A stretch of 63,808 nt of DNA, counting the filler, from Octopus bimaculoides (lineage: Eukaryota), in NCBI RefSeq assembly GCF_001194135.2. It is 6 parts of 6 records of this genome, joined end to end, with 100 filler letters (N's around TTAATTAATTAA, not from the genome) between each part and the next. Parts side by side here need not be neighbours in the genome. Positions count along the whole stretch, not along the records: positions 60,931 to 63,808 come from NW_026388977.1; 5 more parts are not named here. One strand, 5' to 3'. Under the pieces are notes generated by a model that saw nothing but the letters and a program-made list of their open reading frames with translations, searched no databases and was not told the DNA's origin. Both the position numbers and the translations under genes were made by a program. Below are positions 61,263 to 63,808 of this stretch, piece by piece. Positions within the stretch are counted from its first letter, which is position 1; every line of letters starts with the position of its first letter.

Positions 61263-61307
61263 GGCCAGAGTCCTTTCGTCTCACTTCTGTGACCTCATCA
61301 GTGGTCC
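61263..61307 (-). ncRNA. Minimal type I hammerhead ribozyme motif with intact core
   Basis: Minus strand: GGACCA-CTGATGA-G-GTC AC AGAA GT GA GAC-GAAA-G GA C-T-C-TGGCC. Stem I CCA/TGG plus GG/CC, cleavage triplet CTC. Confidence 0.65.
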
Positions 61308-62278
61308 TTTGCTTTCTTTTCTTTTCTGTGTGTCTCTCCTTACTAGTGATCTGCCATTTTATATACACATACATTGACGACGGGCTCGAATTGTTCGACT
61401 AAAGGCGGTGCTCCAGCATGACAGCAGTCAAATGACTGAAACAAGTAGAAGAATAGAAGAAATCCAAAATATATATATATGTATATCCAATATANNNNNN
61501 NNNNNNNNNNNNNNNNNNNNNNNNNNNNNNNNNNNNNNNNNNNNNNNNNNNNNNNNNNNNNNNNNNNNNNNNNNNNNNNNNNNNNNNNNNNNNNNNNNNN
61601 NNNNNNNNNNNNNNNNNNNNNNNNNNNNNNNNNNNNNNNNNNNNNNNNNNNNNNNNNNNNNNNNNNNNNNNNNNNNNNNNNNNNNNNNNNNNNNNNNNNN
61701 NNNNNNNNNNNNNNNNNNNNNNNNNNNNNNNNNNNNNNNNNNNNNNNNNNNNNNNNNNNNNNNNNNNNNNNNNNNNNNNNNNNNNNNNNNNNNNNNNNNN
61801 NNNNNNNNNNNNNNNNNNNNNNNNNNNNNNNNNNNNNNNNNNNNNNNNNNNNNNNNNNNNNNNNNNNNNNNNNNNNNNNNNNNNNNNNNNNNNNNNNNNN
61901 NNNNNNNNNNNNNNNNNNNNNNNNNNNNNNNNNNNNNNNNNNNNNNNNNNNNNNNNNNNNNNNNNNNNNNNNNNNNNNNNNNNNNNNNNNNNNNNNNNNN
62001 NNNNNNNNNNNNNNNNNNNNNNNNNNNNNNNNNNNNNNNNNNNNNNNNNNNNNNNNNNNNNNNNNNNNNNNNNNNNNNNNNNNNNNNNNNNNNNNNNNNN
62101 NNNNNNNNNNNNNNNNNNNNNNNNNNNNNNNNNNNNNNNNNNNNNNNNNNNNNNNNNNNNNNNNNNNNNNNNNNNNNNNNNNNNNNNNNNNNNNNNNNNN
62201 NNNNNNNNNNNNNNNNNNNNNNNNNNNNNNNNNNNNNNNNNNNNNNNNNNNNNNNNNNNNNNNNNNNNNNNNNNNNNN

Positions 62279-62345
<67 letters not shown>

Positions 62346-62971
62346 GGGCGTGTTCCACTGTATCTTTGGGTCGACCAAAGGTCTTAGCAGTGGATCAAAT
62401 GACCAGATTAACACTTACTGTATATGTAAATATATATATAGGTATATATTCTTGTATATATATAGGTATGTATGTATGTCTATGTATGCATGTATGTATG
62501 TATCTATGTGTGTGTGTGTGTGTGTGTGCCACCGCTGGACAACTGGTGTCCTTTTGTAATCGACCCCCATAACTATTCGGCAAACTGGGAATCGATCTCT
62601 CGGGTATTTGCGTCACTAGATCTCTCCACCTCGTTTCTGTAATTCTTGTGCACCAGAGAACCTGTTTTGCCCCGTTACAGGAAATTGGATTTCAACTTGA
62701 CAACAGTTGCAGGAAGGCGTCACGTCCGACTCACCAACATTCTGCTAATCCACGCCTTCTACTTAGTATATTAGTTAACGACTTTGAGATGCCCTTAATA
62801 TGAGCTCTGACACGGCCAGCCCATATATGTACAAGCACACACCCACACGACCACACAGTATTTTAAACTTAACCTTCTCCCACCTTCAAAATTTATATGT
62901 ATGTATGTATGTATGCAAGGATGTATGTGTATGTGTGTATAGATATATGTGCATATAATATATATAAACAT

Positions 62972-63027
<56 letters not shown>

Positions 63028-63127
63028 CGTCATTTGAGAGAATGTGTAATACTTCGTTTTTAGATGTACTACTCGAAGTAGATAAAGCTAAAAATAATAA
63101 CATATGTTTGTACGTGTATATATTTAT

Positions 63128-63192
<65 letters not shown>

Positions 63193-63437
63193 CATATATG
63201 TATACATATGTATAAACACACACACAAGCACACTCATGCACACAGACAGACAGACAGACAGACAGATATAAAATGTAAAACGTATTCAAAAATACTAAAA
63301 TGTATTTCAAAGTATTTCAAAGTAATTACACATCGATGTATGAATGTATATATGCATACAGGTATGCATACATCTGTATAAATAAATATATGTACATATT
63401 TATATAACATATGTATATATGTACATATTTATATAAC

Positions 63438-63478
<41 letters not shown>

Positions 63479-63488
63479 NNNNNNNNNN

Positions 63489-63524
<36 letters not shown>

Positions 63525-63808
63525 TCATATATTCATATATGTTTATCCATATACATATGTGTGTATGCATGCGTATGTATAAACACAAACACACTCACTC
63601 ACATACACATATATATGCATACTTATTAGGATATAGGTAAATATACATATATACAGACAGGATATGTAGTACACACACGATGTGTATATATGTGTGTGTG
63701 TGTATCATATGTTTATATAGCATATATATATATACTATATATGTTTTATTCACATATTTACAGACAGGATATGCAGTACATATACGGTGTATATATATAT
63801 ATATATAT

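Noticed and set aside
4234-62559. Long ORFs in the supplied track (200-430 aa) and the many CV/YI/HT/ER-rich ORFs
   Set aside because: They are N runs or translated dinucleotide and tetranucleotide microsatellites.

Overview
Eukaryotic, AT-rich, microsatellite-saturated genomic DNA. About 11% of the window is N gaps, and five gaps are 100-bp placeholders containing an artificial TTAATTAATTAA spacer. The SINE families, LINE remnants and repeat texture point to an octopus genome; this is inferred from recognition, not from a database search. I see no prokaryotic genes, CRISPR arrays or intact autonomous transposons, and almost all ORFs in the supplied track are translated microsatellites or N runs. 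The interpretable content is: (1) dozens of tRNA-derived SINE copies from at least 4 families; (2) decayed Penelope-like (GIY-YIG/RT), R4/Dong-like (REL), RTE, CR1 and Tx1/L1 retroelement fragments; (3) mariner/maT remnants and hAT MITEs, often nested; (4) a tRNA-Val-derived pseudogene; (5) short candidate host-gene exons found by eye from splice signals and phase matching. The best gene models are a 3-exon plus-strand model at 8434-10468, a minus-strand 3' end at 13896-14347 and a minus-strand start exon with a hydrophobic N-terminus at 59683-59837. The best leads are: minimal type I hammerhead ribozyme motifs, two with an intact core (484-536 and 61263-61307); a TGA at a conserved zinc-finger Cys of a Penelope-like endonuclease (possible selenocysteine family); a telomeric TTAGGG tract replacing part of a transposase; head-to-tail stacks of (TAA)n-targeting Dong-like elements; a REL retroelement embedded in (CATA)n; and an inverted repeat carrying octamer/CCAAT/ETS motifs. 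None of this proves a new biological system. Repeat boundaries are approximate.
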